From NCBI GenBank assembly GCA_965205365.1, contig CBDBGT010000010.1, forward strand, positions 328,048-392,047: 64,000 nt of DNA. The letters are read 5' to 3'. Position numbers and translations under genes: made by a program. A model generated the notes under the pieces. The model was not told the origin of the DNA. It saw only the letters and a list, made by a program, of their open reading frames with translations, and ran no database searches. Below, piece after piece: positions 17,621 through 27,060 of this stretch. Each line of letters opens with the position of its first letter. The first letter of the stretch is position 1. The stretch is from Bdellovibrionales bacterium. Its GTDB lineage: Bacteria; Bdellovibrionota; Bdellovibrionia; Bdellovibrionales; UBA1609.

Positions 17621-17978
17621 ATTATAGATTTAAAAATTGACATTTTACTTAGTTAACAACTTATAAACAAAAACTTAAGGAAGCTTTATTAAACCAGTTC
17701 AGATAAACTGGTTTTTTTTAATTTTTAAATTAGAAAAAAATTTTAAAAAATTATTTTTAAAACCCTAGGCTCCTGCAAAGATTTCTTTTAAAAAATTACC
17801 CCCTAAATCCACTAAAACCTCTTAAGTCACACCACAGAAGTGTATTATTCACAGCCATGGTGTTCTAATTGTGTGTTGCTAAAATAACTTGTGATCTTTT
17901 AACTCCTTTTTTTTACCTCTAAGGTTTTTATAAAAATTCATATAAAACCAACATCAAAAAGAGCGCGTTAAAAATAAT

Positions 17979-18193
17979 AAATTTAGTTTTTTTTAATGTT
18001 TTATAAAGCTGTTTTAAAAAGAGAATAAACTTAAAATTGTATTGATCTAAGACAAAGAGCAACAGAGTGCAACACTTTAAAAACCTGAAACCTTTATTAT
18101 TTTGAGTTGAGAATTTTTTAAGACTTTTGTCCTAAAGTTAATTAAGTTTTAATCGATATGTGAATTAGAACCAAAAAAACAAAGGAGAATAAA
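17979..18193 (+). promoter_or_regulatory. upstream cassette U5 (copy G), palindrome mutated
   Basis: Same block as U1-U4, but reads TTGTATTgatctAAGACAA where the others have TTGTCTTcatctAAGACAA. Confidence 0.6.
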
Positions 18194-18999
18194 ATGAATA
18201 TGAAATCAAAATCTATATTACCAATATGTTTATTATTTAGTTTTACAGCTTGTCAGAATGTTGAACACTCTTCTCAAGGGAAGCGTACATTAACAAGTTT
18301 AGATAAGTCAGACACTTTATTAGGTGATTCAAATGACTCAGAAAGATCAAACCCTCAAGGGGGGGGGGGGGGGGGGGGGCAGATAGCCTCTTAGGTGACT
18401 CAAGCGGATCAAACACATCAAACCCTCAAAACGAAGACAACCAAGGTGACCTTACCAGTGAGTCAACCATTGATCTTCCAACCGGTTGGTATAAAACTGG
18501 CTGTATAAGACTGCCCAACGAATATATTTTTAACAACCTTAGGTACAACAGTGTAAAGTATTTTCTTGCCATAGATACTGATGACTTTCATTACTCCATG
18601 TATCCCAACAGTCCTTATAATTATTTTACTCACAGCGCTCTATATTTCCAAGAAACTAATTGTACTGGACGCTCTAATCCTAATTATGGGCAGGCTGGGG
18701 ACAGCCTTACACACAGCCCATACTATGACACCAATGATAACTTTGGTAACAATACCTCCTATTTTACAATTGGTCTTGGTTCAACTAGAGCCTTTGGATT
18801 TCATATTGATGATGATGGTGCCCTTTATATAGATCATGCTATTGCTACTGATGACATAGGTTCAGGTTTCCAAGAAAGTACTTCTTCTAATTTTATCAAT
18901 GACCCAACAAGTGGAGTTAGGTATACACGCACATCTTCAAAAGCAGTTTGGAGCACTACCCGCAACAAATGGGTATGGCCAGGTATCAATATGTTATGA
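18194..18999 (+). CDS. phase-variable lipoprotein family, copy G; OFF (G21)
   Basis: Track ORF 18194-18394 ends ..GGGGGGGQIAS*. The frame from GCA at 18379 (ADSLLGDSSGSNTSNPQNEDNQGDL...) is open into track ORF 18598-18999, as I verified by translation. Confidence 0.75.
18359..18379 (+). repeat. poly-G tract G21, copy G
   Basis: Counted directly. G22 or G19 is needed for ON. Confidence 0.9.
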
Positions 19000-19049
19000 A
19001 AGTCATTTTATGGAAACTCAAAACTAACAGCCCTTAGAAAAGGTGTTCC

Positions 19050-19190
19050 AGAAAAATTTTGTTCCTAGAAAACAGGCTAAAATCACCTTAGCCCGTTTTG
19101 CAAGCCCTAAACACTTTAAAAGTATTTCCACACGTTTTAAAAAGCTAGCAAAAAACTTCAAGACAACCCTCTCTCTCTAGCCTCTACTTT
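19050..19190 (+). pseudogene. IS5-family (IS427-like) transposase C-terminal remnant
   Basis: My own translation gives ...FKSISTRFKKLAKNFKTTLSL*, which resembles the conserved FRRIATRYDKLA.NFLA C-terminus. The upstream part is frameshifted. Confidence 0.35.
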
Positions 19191-19306
19191 TATTTAGCTA
19201 AAACTTACCACTATTGGTCAAGGGTTATGAGGATACACCCTAGTAAATTTTTTGAAAAAAATAAACAACACTAAGGTAAGTCCTTTTCCCCATTAAAAAT
19301 AAACAA

Positions 19307-20698
19307 CTAAAATAAATCATGATCTACAGCTTTAGAGTGGTCTGCCATATAAGACTCTTCTTTATAAAAATAAGCTGGAATCATAAATAAAGCCCCCACA
19401 ACTACAATTAAAATTGCAAAAAACCAGTAGTATAAAGCCCCCTCAAGTAATAAGGTTCCATCATCGTTTTGAATAAATGAATTTACAGCTGACGTGAATA
19501 AGTTTCCCATTGAAACAGACAGTAAGAACACCGCCATAATAAAGGACTTCATACTACTAGGAGCTTGAGTATAGGAAAACTCCAAAGCTGTAATTGAAAT
19601 CAAAACTTCAGCTGCTGTAATAATCACATAGGCTGCAAATTGCCACATAATTGAAGGCGTTAAACCTGATTGAATCATCTGCTCTGTATAAGCAACCAGG
19701 GCAAAAGACAAGCCTGTTACAAAAAACCCTGCTCCAATTTTTCTAAGTGGTGTGACTTTTGTAAACTTTGCAGCAAATGGATAGATTTTAAAGCTAAAAA
19801 TAGGAATAAAAAGCATTACTAATATGGGATTAATAGTTTGAATCTGAGAAGGCAAAAACTCAAAAGATGTAAACCCCAGATTTACAAATTTATCCATTTT
19901 ATCTGCCTGTAGCACCCATGAAGAGCCTGTTTGATCATATAAGGACCAAAAGAAAGCAATAAAAGCATAAATAATACCTAGGCCACCTAGAGTTTTTAAA
20001 CCTTTAGAGCTAAACATGTCTTTTTTATAGGTTTTCCAACCTGCAGGAGGCATGGCTATAAACTCATGTCTACCTCGATAAAAAATAAATGTTGCAATAA
20101 ACATTAAAACACCCGGCAGCCCAAAAGCTACCGAAGGCCCATACCATTCAAGCATTTTAGGAATCATTGCAGTTGCAAACATAGAACCAAAATTAATTGA
20201 AAAATAAAATAAGCTAAAAACCTTATCTAGTAATTTTTTTTGACTAGCCTCAAATTGATCTCCAACATGAGCTGACACACAAGGTTTAATTCCCCCCGAA
20301 CCCACAGCAATAAGCCCTAAACCTAAAGCAAGCCACACCTTAGGCTCAAGAATTGCTGTCATCATATGAATATCCATAAAAGCTAAACTTAAATGACCTA
20401 AACAATACACCACTGAGAGTAAAAGTATGGTTTTATACTTACCCCAGAAAATATCAGAAATTAGAGCCCCTATTAAAGGAAAAAAATAAACAGCAGACGC
20501 AAAATTATGATACCAAACCAAAGACTGTGCTTGACTTAAAAAAGCCTCCTCCCCTGCAGAGTTTAAAAGATACTTTGTCATAAAAATAACAAGTATCCCC
20601 CTCATGCCATAATAACTAAACCTCTCAGCAGCCTCATTACCAATAATATAAAAAATCCCTTTAGGCATTTTTTGTGCACTCACTTTAGACATAGACAC
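19307..20698 (-). CDS. POT/PTR2-family proton-dependent oligopeptide transporter
   Basis: 463 aa and multi-TM. It has FYIIGNEAAERFSYYGMRGILVIFM and GALISDIFWGKYKTI, the PTR2 signatures. Confidence 0.85.
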   Translation of the reverse strand: MSMSKVSAQKMPKGIFYIIGNEAAERFSYYGMRGILVIFMTKYLLNSAGEEAFLSQAQSLVWYHNFASAVYFFPLIGALISDIFWGKYKTILLLSVVYCLGHLSLAFMDIHMMTAILEPKVWLALGLGLIAVGSGGIKPCVSAHVGDQFEASQKKLLDKVFSLFYFSINFGSMFATAMIPKMLEWYGPSVAFGLPGVLMFIATFIFYRGRHEFIAMPPAGWKTYKKDMFSSKGLKTLGGLGIIYAFIAFFWSLYDQTGSSWVLQADKMDKFVNLGFTSFEFLPSQIQTINPILVMLFIPIFSFKIYPFAAKFTKVTPLRKIGAGFFVTGLSFALVAYTEQMIQSGLTPSIMWQFAAYVIITAAEVLISITALEFSYTQAPSSMKSFIMAVFLLSVSMGNLFTSAVNSFIQNDDGTLLLEGALYYWFFAILIVVVGALFMIPAYFYKEESYMADHSKAVDHDLF

Positions 20699-20799
20699 TC
20701 CTCTTAAGAAATAATTAACAACTAGATTTAGCTCAACACAGCTGCTAAATCAAAGTAAGCTGCAGTATAAAAAAAACCACATTAACTAAAGGGTGTTAC

Positions 20800-21981
20800 A
20801 TGACATTTTTATCAGAAAAAACCAATCTTAATAAGAAAATTATGCTCCTGGGCTCAGGGGAACTTGGACAAGAGTTTATTATTGCAGCTAAACGCATGGG
20901 CTTAAAAACTATTGCCGTGGACAATTATAAGGGAGCTCCGGCCATGCAAGTTTCTGATGATTTTGAAGTCATTTCAATGCTAAATAGTGAAGCCCTTGAA
21001 AGAATTGTTAAAAAACATCAGCCAGATATCATTGTTCCTGAAGTTGAGGCCATTAGAACTTTAAAGCTATATGATTTTGAAAAAATAGGCATTCAAGTTG
21101 TACCAACTGCATTTGCAACTAATATCACAATGAATAGGGCAAAAATTAAAGACCTTGCATCTAAAGATTTAAAAATAAAAACAGCTCAATATTTATACGC
21201 TTCAACTGAAAAAGAACTTCACCATGCTGTTAAAGAAATCGGCACTCCTTGTGTTGTAAAACCCCTCATGTCTAGCTCTGGAAAAGGCCAAAGCATTGTG
21301 AAAAAACAAAACCAAGCCAGTTCTGCATGGAATTTTGCTATTTCTGGCATGAGAGGAGATGTTTCTAAAGTCATTGTTGAAAAATTTATACAATTTGACT
21401 CTGAAATAACTCTTTTAACCATAAGGCAGAAAAATAAAAAAGTCCTCTTTATAAAACCCATTGGACATCACCAGGAAGATGGTGATTATAGAGAATCTTG
21501 GATTCCTGCAAAGGTTTCACCAAAAAAACTTAAAAAAGCTCAAACTATGGCAAAAAAAGTAGTCAATAAGTTAGGTGGCGTGGGACTTTTTGGAGTTGAA
21601 TTTTTCTTAACAAAAACTGACGTTTATTTTTCAGAACTTTCTCCAAGGCCCCATGACACTGGAATGGTCACCTTAGTCTCACAAAATCTCTCTGAGTTTG
21701 ATTTACACTTAAGAGCCATCTTAAACCTACCCATTCCAGAAATTAAATATGAAAAGGCCGCAGCAAGCTCTGTAATATTAGGTGAAAAAAACTCCACTAA
21801 CTTTTCTTTTAGCGGAGTAGATAAAGCTTTAAAAGCAGCAGGTGTTCAAGTTCGTATTTTTGGAAAACCTACCACTAGAAAAAATAGACGCATGGGGGTT
21901 GTTCTAGCCACTGATCATAATATTAATGCTGCAGTTAAAAAAGCTAAATTAGCTTCTAAAAAAATAAAAATAATCTACTAA
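20800..21981 (+). CDS. purT: phosphoribosylglycinamide formyltransferase 2 (formate-dependent GAR transformylase)
   Basis: 393 aa with [36 protein letters not shown] and [12 protein letters not shown]. It is collinear with E. coli PurT. Confidence 0.9.
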   Translation: MTFLSEKTNLNKKIMLLGSGELGQEFIIAAKRMGLKTIAVDNYKGAPAMQVSDDFEVISMLNSEALERIVKKHQPDIIVPEVEAIRTLKLYDFEKIGIQVVPTAFATNITMNRAKIKDLASKDLKIKTAQYLYASTEKELHHAVKEIGTPCVVKPLMSSSGKGQSIVKKQNQASSAWNFAISGMRGDVSKVIVEKFIQFDSEITLLTIRQKNKKVLFIKPIGHHQEDGDYRESWIPAKVSPKKLKKAQTMAKKVVNKLGGVGLFGVEFFLTKTDVYFSELSPRPHDTGMVTLVSQNLSEFDLHLRAILNLPIPEIKYEKAAASSVILGEKNSTNFSFSGVDKALKAAGVQVRIFGKPTTRKNRRMGVVLATDHNINAAVKKAKLASKKIKIIY

Positions 21982-22038
21982 AAAAAAGTTTTTTTAATTA
22001 ACCAAAGCCCATCTCATTAAAGTTAATAAGCTTAAGTA

Positions 22039-23121
22039 TTATTTTTTAGGAACCCACTGCTCAGGGTTTGGCATTTCAGGCATTGGATCTTTGGAGTCTT
22101 TTGAGCCTTTTAAATAATGAATATAAACTCTTGCTCCCTCTTGAATATCAATTCCATTTGATTCAAAAACCCTTGCCACTGAAACATCAACACTTGGAGT
22201 AGTTTCAATGATGACTTTTGCAACAGCATTTTCTTCATCTTGAAGATTAATCTGCCTATCCAGCCTTGAAGCACATGGTTCTCCATCCCAAATGTACCTC
22301 ATATTAGAAACATAAAGAGTGTCCCCTTTTTTAAGACCATGTCTTAAACCTGCATTTATCATTATATGTGAATCATTATCTTTATATACCCTTGCTGACC
22401 ATGGCTCTAACTCCTCAAGCCTCTCACCAAGATCAACTAGTGCAGATCTGAGTGTTCTCCTAATCACATCCACAACAGGCTCTCTAAATACAGCTCTTGG
22501 ATTAAATATAATATTTCCTAAATTCAAGCCAAGGCCTCCCCCAAAATCAACTTTAGTTCCAGTTTTATTTGCACTGACTAAGGCCGTACCACTTAAAGGC
22601 TGAAATGAATGTATGTCTAAGCTCATTTTCATTTTACTTAAATTAAAATCAACACCGGTAAGAACACCACCTAAAACCCCACCAGGACCAAAACCAATTC
22701 CTAAACCAAACTCATTTCCCAATTCAAAGCCTGTGACATTCCCTGTTAACACCACCTCTGGAAGATCATGAGTACAAGACCCAGCTGTTGTATTAGCAGA
22801 TAAGGCTCGAAAACCCATCCCACTTTGTTGCGCCTGTATACGTTCTTGAAAGTTCAAACTTTGAACGTTTAACCTATCTGCTGAAGCAAAATATTCGCTA
22901 TTTTGAAGCTCTGTTAAGTACTGACCATTTATAACTTCTTGAATGTCTATGTTGATATTGTTTCCCACATCAACACGTGCAGACCTAATCCCCATTGAAG
23001 TTGTGCCTTTTCTTAAAACACGCCCTCTTCTTTTTGCCTCTTTGGAATCACACCCTTTATTACCCATAAAAAGCAAGCAACTAAATACCAGTAACAATAT
23101 TTTTCCAGTTTTCTTACACAT
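22039..23121 (-). CDS. putative lipoprotein, possibly CsgG/HfaB-like
   Basis: Signal peptide with Cys (LLLVFSC). The segment LTGNVTGFELGNEFGLGIGFG...MSLDIHSF...EPVVDVIRRTLRSALVDL resembles the CsgG-family core pattern. This is from memory only. Confidence 0.3.
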   Translation of the reverse strand: MCKKTGKILLLVFSCLLFMGNKGCDSKEAKRRGRVLRKGTTSMGIRSARVDVGNNINIDIQEVINGQYLTELQNSEYFASADRLNVQSLNFQERIQAQQSGMGFRALSANTTAGSCTHDLPEVVLTGNVTGFELGNEFGLGIGFGPGGVLGGVLTGVDFNLSKMKMSLDIHSFQPLSGTALVSANKTGTKVDFGGGLGLNLGNIIFNPRAVFREPVVDVIRRTLRSALVDLGERLEELEPWSARVYKDNDSHIMINAGLRHGLKKGDTLYVSNMRYIWDGEPCASRLDRQINLQDEENAVAKVIIETTPSVDVSVARVFESNGIDIQEGARVYIHYLKGSKDSKDPMPEMPNPEQWVPKK

Positions 23122-23515
23122 CTTAGCCCCTTTGTCTTATTAACTTTAACTAGTCTTTAAGCCACATCGGACAATAATCTTAAGACCTTAGACCTAGTCT
23201 AAAAATACTTATATATTTAAAGAATCTATCTAAAATTTAAACGATTTTAATAAAGAAATTAAAACTTTCCCCCTATAAAAGCACCATTGAAATAAAAAAT
23301 CTGGAGAAAGTATGAAGCCTCTCCATGTTAAAAAGTCCTTTAAAGAACCCTAGAAACCTTGAAAATTATGAGCAAAGTTAGGAGTTTTCGTTTCTAGCCT
23401 TTAGTTTAAGGCTTTGTCTTAAAAAGAACTAAGTGGAGAAAGTGATACTCCTATGAATGAAAAATAATACTAAGGTATTTTTTTAAATGCACCGACTTTA
23501 GTATTGAAAAGTTAA

Positions 23516-26500
23516 ATGAAGTTAAAGGAGCAGTGGGTGTTAAATAATAAAAATCTTTTTTTACTTTTACTATTGATTTTGTTAGGCTGGGGGTTTTATA
23601 GCTCTCAGACTTTCTTAGAAAATAATGAGGTCAAGGTATCTCATAATTTAAACCAAACAAGGTCTGTGTCTAGTGTTGAGACACTTAAACAAAACCTTTC
23701 AACAACTTCATTAAAACCAACTTCAACTCTTAAGAATAAACAGGTAGAAATAAAAAAGCCCACTCTTTTTAAAACTTTTAAACCTCTACCAGAAGAGCTA
23801 GAGGAGTTTAATAATCGCCATTCTGATGAGCCCTCTGGATTTACCATGGAGCTATCTGGTTTAAGTGTGGACTTTGAAGCCTTTAAAAAAGTAGAGCACC
23901 CTTTAGATTTGCCAGATAAGCTTCAAATTCCACTTCCTAATGGAAAAACAATTCAAGTGGAGCAAAAAAGAGTGGACTATAAGGAGAAGGATAATTTTGT
24001 TTGGGTAGGACAAGTTGATGGAAAACTTAATCAATGGGTTCATCTCTCATTTTATAAATCTACTCTTTACGGAGGAATTCATACACCTAGTGAAACTCAT
24101 AGGATTGAGTATTTATCAGGTAATAAATATTTGATTCGCAAAGTGGATGAAAGTTTATGGTCTCCGCTAGTTGATGATGTAGTTAAAAGGCCAGAAGAAG
24201 TAGAATCTAAAAACTATAATGGATCAAGTCTTAATGATAAAACCTCAGAGTTTCTAACAAAAACAGTCAGCGCAAGCGCCCTCTCTGACACACCCCCTAC
24301 TGTAGCTAACGCCAAAGCTTTACAAAGGGTTACCATAGATTTATTAGTAGTGTACCCCCTTGTTTATATATCATCTAGGAATAGGCTAGTTCCCCTAATC
24401 AATAATATGGTAGCTATGGCTAATACTATTCATAATAACTCCCAGACTGGAGTGAATATCCGTCTAACTCGATTTGTTGGAGTTTCATATACAGGAGACA
24501 TAAGCGGGGCTTCTGACTATATGAAAAAATCTTCAGAGATACAGCGTCTGCGAGCTGAAACAAAATCTGATCTTGTATCTATGTATGGAGCACCTGGGGG
24601 TTGTACACTACTGAGTGGCAGTCCTTTTAGCGCATTTGGAAATTGTTCAAACCTCAATTTGGCCCGTGTAACTGGACGCAGTATTGGGGGTCAGCGCAAT
24701 AAGAAGAATTCTTACTATTCAAGGAATAAACTCTCTGGTTACAATTTTGGTTATGTTCTTGATAATAATGGCCTGAATAGTGGCAATAAATTTAGTGATA
24801 AATGGTTTAGCGAGGCTGGAGGCGGAAGTGGCACTATCATGGCGTTTACTTATCATAACAGACTTTATTTTTCAAGTGCTGAACCCGTTCAAGGTGTTCC
24901 ACGAGGAGGTGCAACAATGGATAATGCAAAGTATATTAGAGAAAATGCCCCAAGGATTGCAGCCTATCGCCAATCTTCTGACAATACACCTACCCCTCCT
25001 TACATTATATCACAACCTCAGAGTGCCACAGTAGAAGTTAATGATAATTTAAGCTTAGCTGTAGACGCCAGTGGTGAGGGTCCTTTAAATTACCAGTGGT
25101 ATAAAAACAATGTGGCAATATCTGGTGAAACAAACAAAACTCTTTTAATAAATAATGTCAGTCAAAGTGATGAAGGAACATATAAAGTAAAAGTAAGCAA
25201 CGCTTATGGCTTAGTTTATTCTAATGCCGTCACTGTAAACGTGAGACTGTCTCCTATTATCACATTACAACCTCAAAATACCATCATTAGGGCCAATGAT
25301 AACTTAAGTTTATCTGTAAATGCCAATGGGGAAAATCCTTTAACTTACCAGTGGTATAAAAACAATGTGGCAATATCTGGTGAAACAAACAAAACTCTTT
25401 TAATAAATAATGTCAGTCAAAGTGATGAAGGAACATATAAAGTAAAAGTAAGCAACGCTTATGGCTTAGTTTATTCTAATGCCGTCACTGTAAACGTGAG
25501 ACTGTCTCCTATTATCACATTACAACCTCAAAATACCATCATTAGGGCCAATGATAACTTAAGTTTATCTGTAAATGCCAATGAGGAAAATCCTTTAACT
25601 TACCAGTGGTATAAAAATAGTGTGGAAATATCCGATCAAACAAGTAAAGCTCTTTTAATAAATAACGCAAGCCAAAGTGATCAAGGAATATATAAGGTAA
25701 AGGTAAGCAACGCCCATGGCTTAGTTTATTCTAAAGTAGCGGCTGTAATTATAAGACCATCTCCTGTTATCACATTACAACCTCAAAATACCACTATACA
25801 AGTGAATAACAACTTAAATTTATCTGTACGCGCTAACGGTGAAAACCCTTTAACTTACCAGTGGTATAAAAACAATGCAGCAATATCTGGTGAAACAAAC
25901 AAAACTCTTTTAATAAACAACGTAAATGAAAATAATGAAGGAACATACAAAGTAAAAGTAAGCAACGCTTATGGCTTAGTTTATTCTAATGAAGTGGCTG
26001 TACGTGTAGAACCTTCTTCCATCACCATATCTAAGCTTCCCATTATCACATTGCAACCTCAAAATGTCATAATCAACGCCAATGAAAGCTTAAATTTATC
26101 TGTCAATGCTAGTAGTAAAGCTCCTTTAAGCTACCAGTGGTATAAAAACACTCAAGGTTCATCAAAAGCTCTTTTAGGCCAAACAAATAACCTTCTTTCA
26201 ATACCAAATGCCTCTAGTTCTCACGAAGGGTGGTACGTAGTGAGGGTTTATAACTCTCATGGATACGTTGATTCTAAATGGGTTAAAGTGAATATAGTTT
26301 TAACTTTAAATACCGGGCCTCCTATTATCGTATCACAACCTCAAAACACCACCATTAATGCCAACGACAACTTAAGTTTATCTGTAAGTGCCGGTGGAGC
26401 TTCTCTTAGCTACCAGTGGTATAGAAGCGCCCAAGGTGGATCAAAAGCTCTTTTAGGTGAAACAACTAACCTTCTTTCAATACCAAATGCCTCTAGTTTC

Positions 26501-26581
26501 CATGAAGGATGGTACGTAGTGAGGGTTCATAACTCTTATGGATACGTTGACTCTAGCTGGGTCAAGGTTTATATAGATTAA
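23516..26581 (+). CDS. secreted/anchored protein with a degenerate metzincin-like domain (no HExxH) and 6 Ig-like repeats
   Basis: 1021 aa. The N-terminal hydrophobic anchor more likely starts at GTG 23537, after AAGGAG. There are six ~85-aa repeats with the Q-P-Q-N...L-S-V...YQWYKN...L-I-N-N-V...DEGTYKVKVSN.YG pattern (I-set-like). It is collinear with its paralog (27383..) through the protease-like region but lacks the zinc motif. Confidence 0.75.
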   Translation: MKLKEQWVLNNKNLFLLLLLILLGWGFYSSQTFLENNEVKVSHNLNQTRSVSSVETLKQNLSTTSLKPTSTLKNKQVEIKKPTLFKTFKPLPEELEEFNNRHSDEPSGFTMELSGLSVDFEAFKKVEHPLDLPDKLQIPLPNGKTIQVEQKRVDYKEKDNFVWVGQVDGKLNQWVHLSFYKSTLYGGIHTPSETHRIEYLSGNKYLIRKVDESLWSPLVDDVVKRPEEVESKNYNGSSLNDKTSEFLTKTVSASALSDTPPTVANAKALQRVTIDLLVVYPLVYISSRNRLVPLINNMVAMANTIHNNSQTGVNIRLTRFVGVSYTGDISGASDYMKKSSEIQRLRAETKSDLVSMYGAPGGCTLLSGSPFSAFGNCSNLNLARVTGRSIGGQRNKKNSYYSRNKLSGYNFGYVLDNNGLNSGNKFSDKWFSEAGGGSGTIMAFTYHNRLYFSSAEPVQGVPRGGATMDNAKYIRENAPRIAAYRQSSDNTPTPPYIISQPQSATVEVNDNLSLAVDASGEGPLNYQWYKNNVAISGETNKTLLINNVSQSDEGTYKVKVSNAYGLVYSNAVTVNVRLSPIITLQPQNTIIRANDNLSLSVNANGENPLTYQWYKNNVAISGETNKTLLINNVSQSDEGTYKVKVSNAYGLVYSNAVTVNVRLSPIITLQPQNTIIRANDNLSLSVNANEENPLTYQWYKNSVEISDQTSKALLINNASQSDQGIYKVKVSNAHGLVYSKVAAVIIRPSPVITLQPQNTTIQVNNNLNLSVRANGENPLTYQWYKNNAAISGETNKTLLINNVNENNEGTYKVKVSNAYGLVYSNEVAVRVEPSSITISKLPIITLQPQNVIINANESLNLSVNASSKAPLSYQWYKNTQGSSKALLGQTNNLLSIPNASSSHEGWYVVRVYNSHGYVDSKWVKVNIVLTLNTGPPIIVSQPQNTTINANDNLSLSVSAGGASLSYQWYRSAQGGSKALLGETTNLLSIPNASSFHEGWYVVRVHNSYGYVDSSWVKVYID
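25091..25600 (+). repeat. near-perfect tandem duplication of one 255-bp (85-aa) Ig repeat
   Basis: The segment starting TACCAGTGGTATAAAAACAATGTGGCAATATC at 25091 recurs at 25346. The protein repeats are identical except for one Gly to Glu change. Confidence 0.85.
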
Positions 26582-26759
26582 ACACTAGAAGCTATTACTC
26601 CCCTCAATTAAACAGTTATAAGATGTTTCAAATATGTTGATTGTAAGCTGCTACTGTTGAAGAGGAAATTATTTCTGTTACTTCTAATGCAACATTAGCA
26701 ATCAACAAGGCTATTAAAATTAATCGAATAATCTAAAAATAAGTCATATTACTTAGGGT

Positions 26760-27060
26760 ATTGTAAAAATACTAAATCTGAATCCAGAAAAGCTAGGAGA
26801 GTGACTACACGGGACATTCAGGAGGTGATTAAAACCCTGTATGACGATACTAAGCTCTCTCATTCTGTTACTTCTAACACTGCTGTAATTGATGAAATGA
26901 TAACGTAGCAAAGCAGATCTTTAGAATCAACTTATCCTATTGTATTTTTAGACTGTATAGTAGTTAAAGCTCACCAGAATAACAAGGTGATAAATAAAGC
27001 TATGTATTTTCCTCTTGGATGCAATAAGAGGGTGGGCACAAAGATTTAATAGGGCTTTGG
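26760..27060 (+). pseudogene. IS256-family transposase fragment
   Basis: My own translation gives ...TTRDIQEVIKTLYDD...STYPIVFLDCIVVKAHQNNKVINKAMYFPLG, interrupted by stops. This is the IS256 core pattern YP.VFLDA..VK....V.NKA.Y.ALG. Confidence 0.55.

Noticed and set aside
3541-18193. The repeated U cassettes and signal-peptide blocks as a CRISPR-like or DGR-like array.
   Set aside because: The repeats are ~215 bp plus coding sequence, are irregularly spaced, and are each followed by an ORF. No short repeat-spacer periodicity, cas genes, reverse transcriptase, or adenine-specific template/variable repeat pair is visible.
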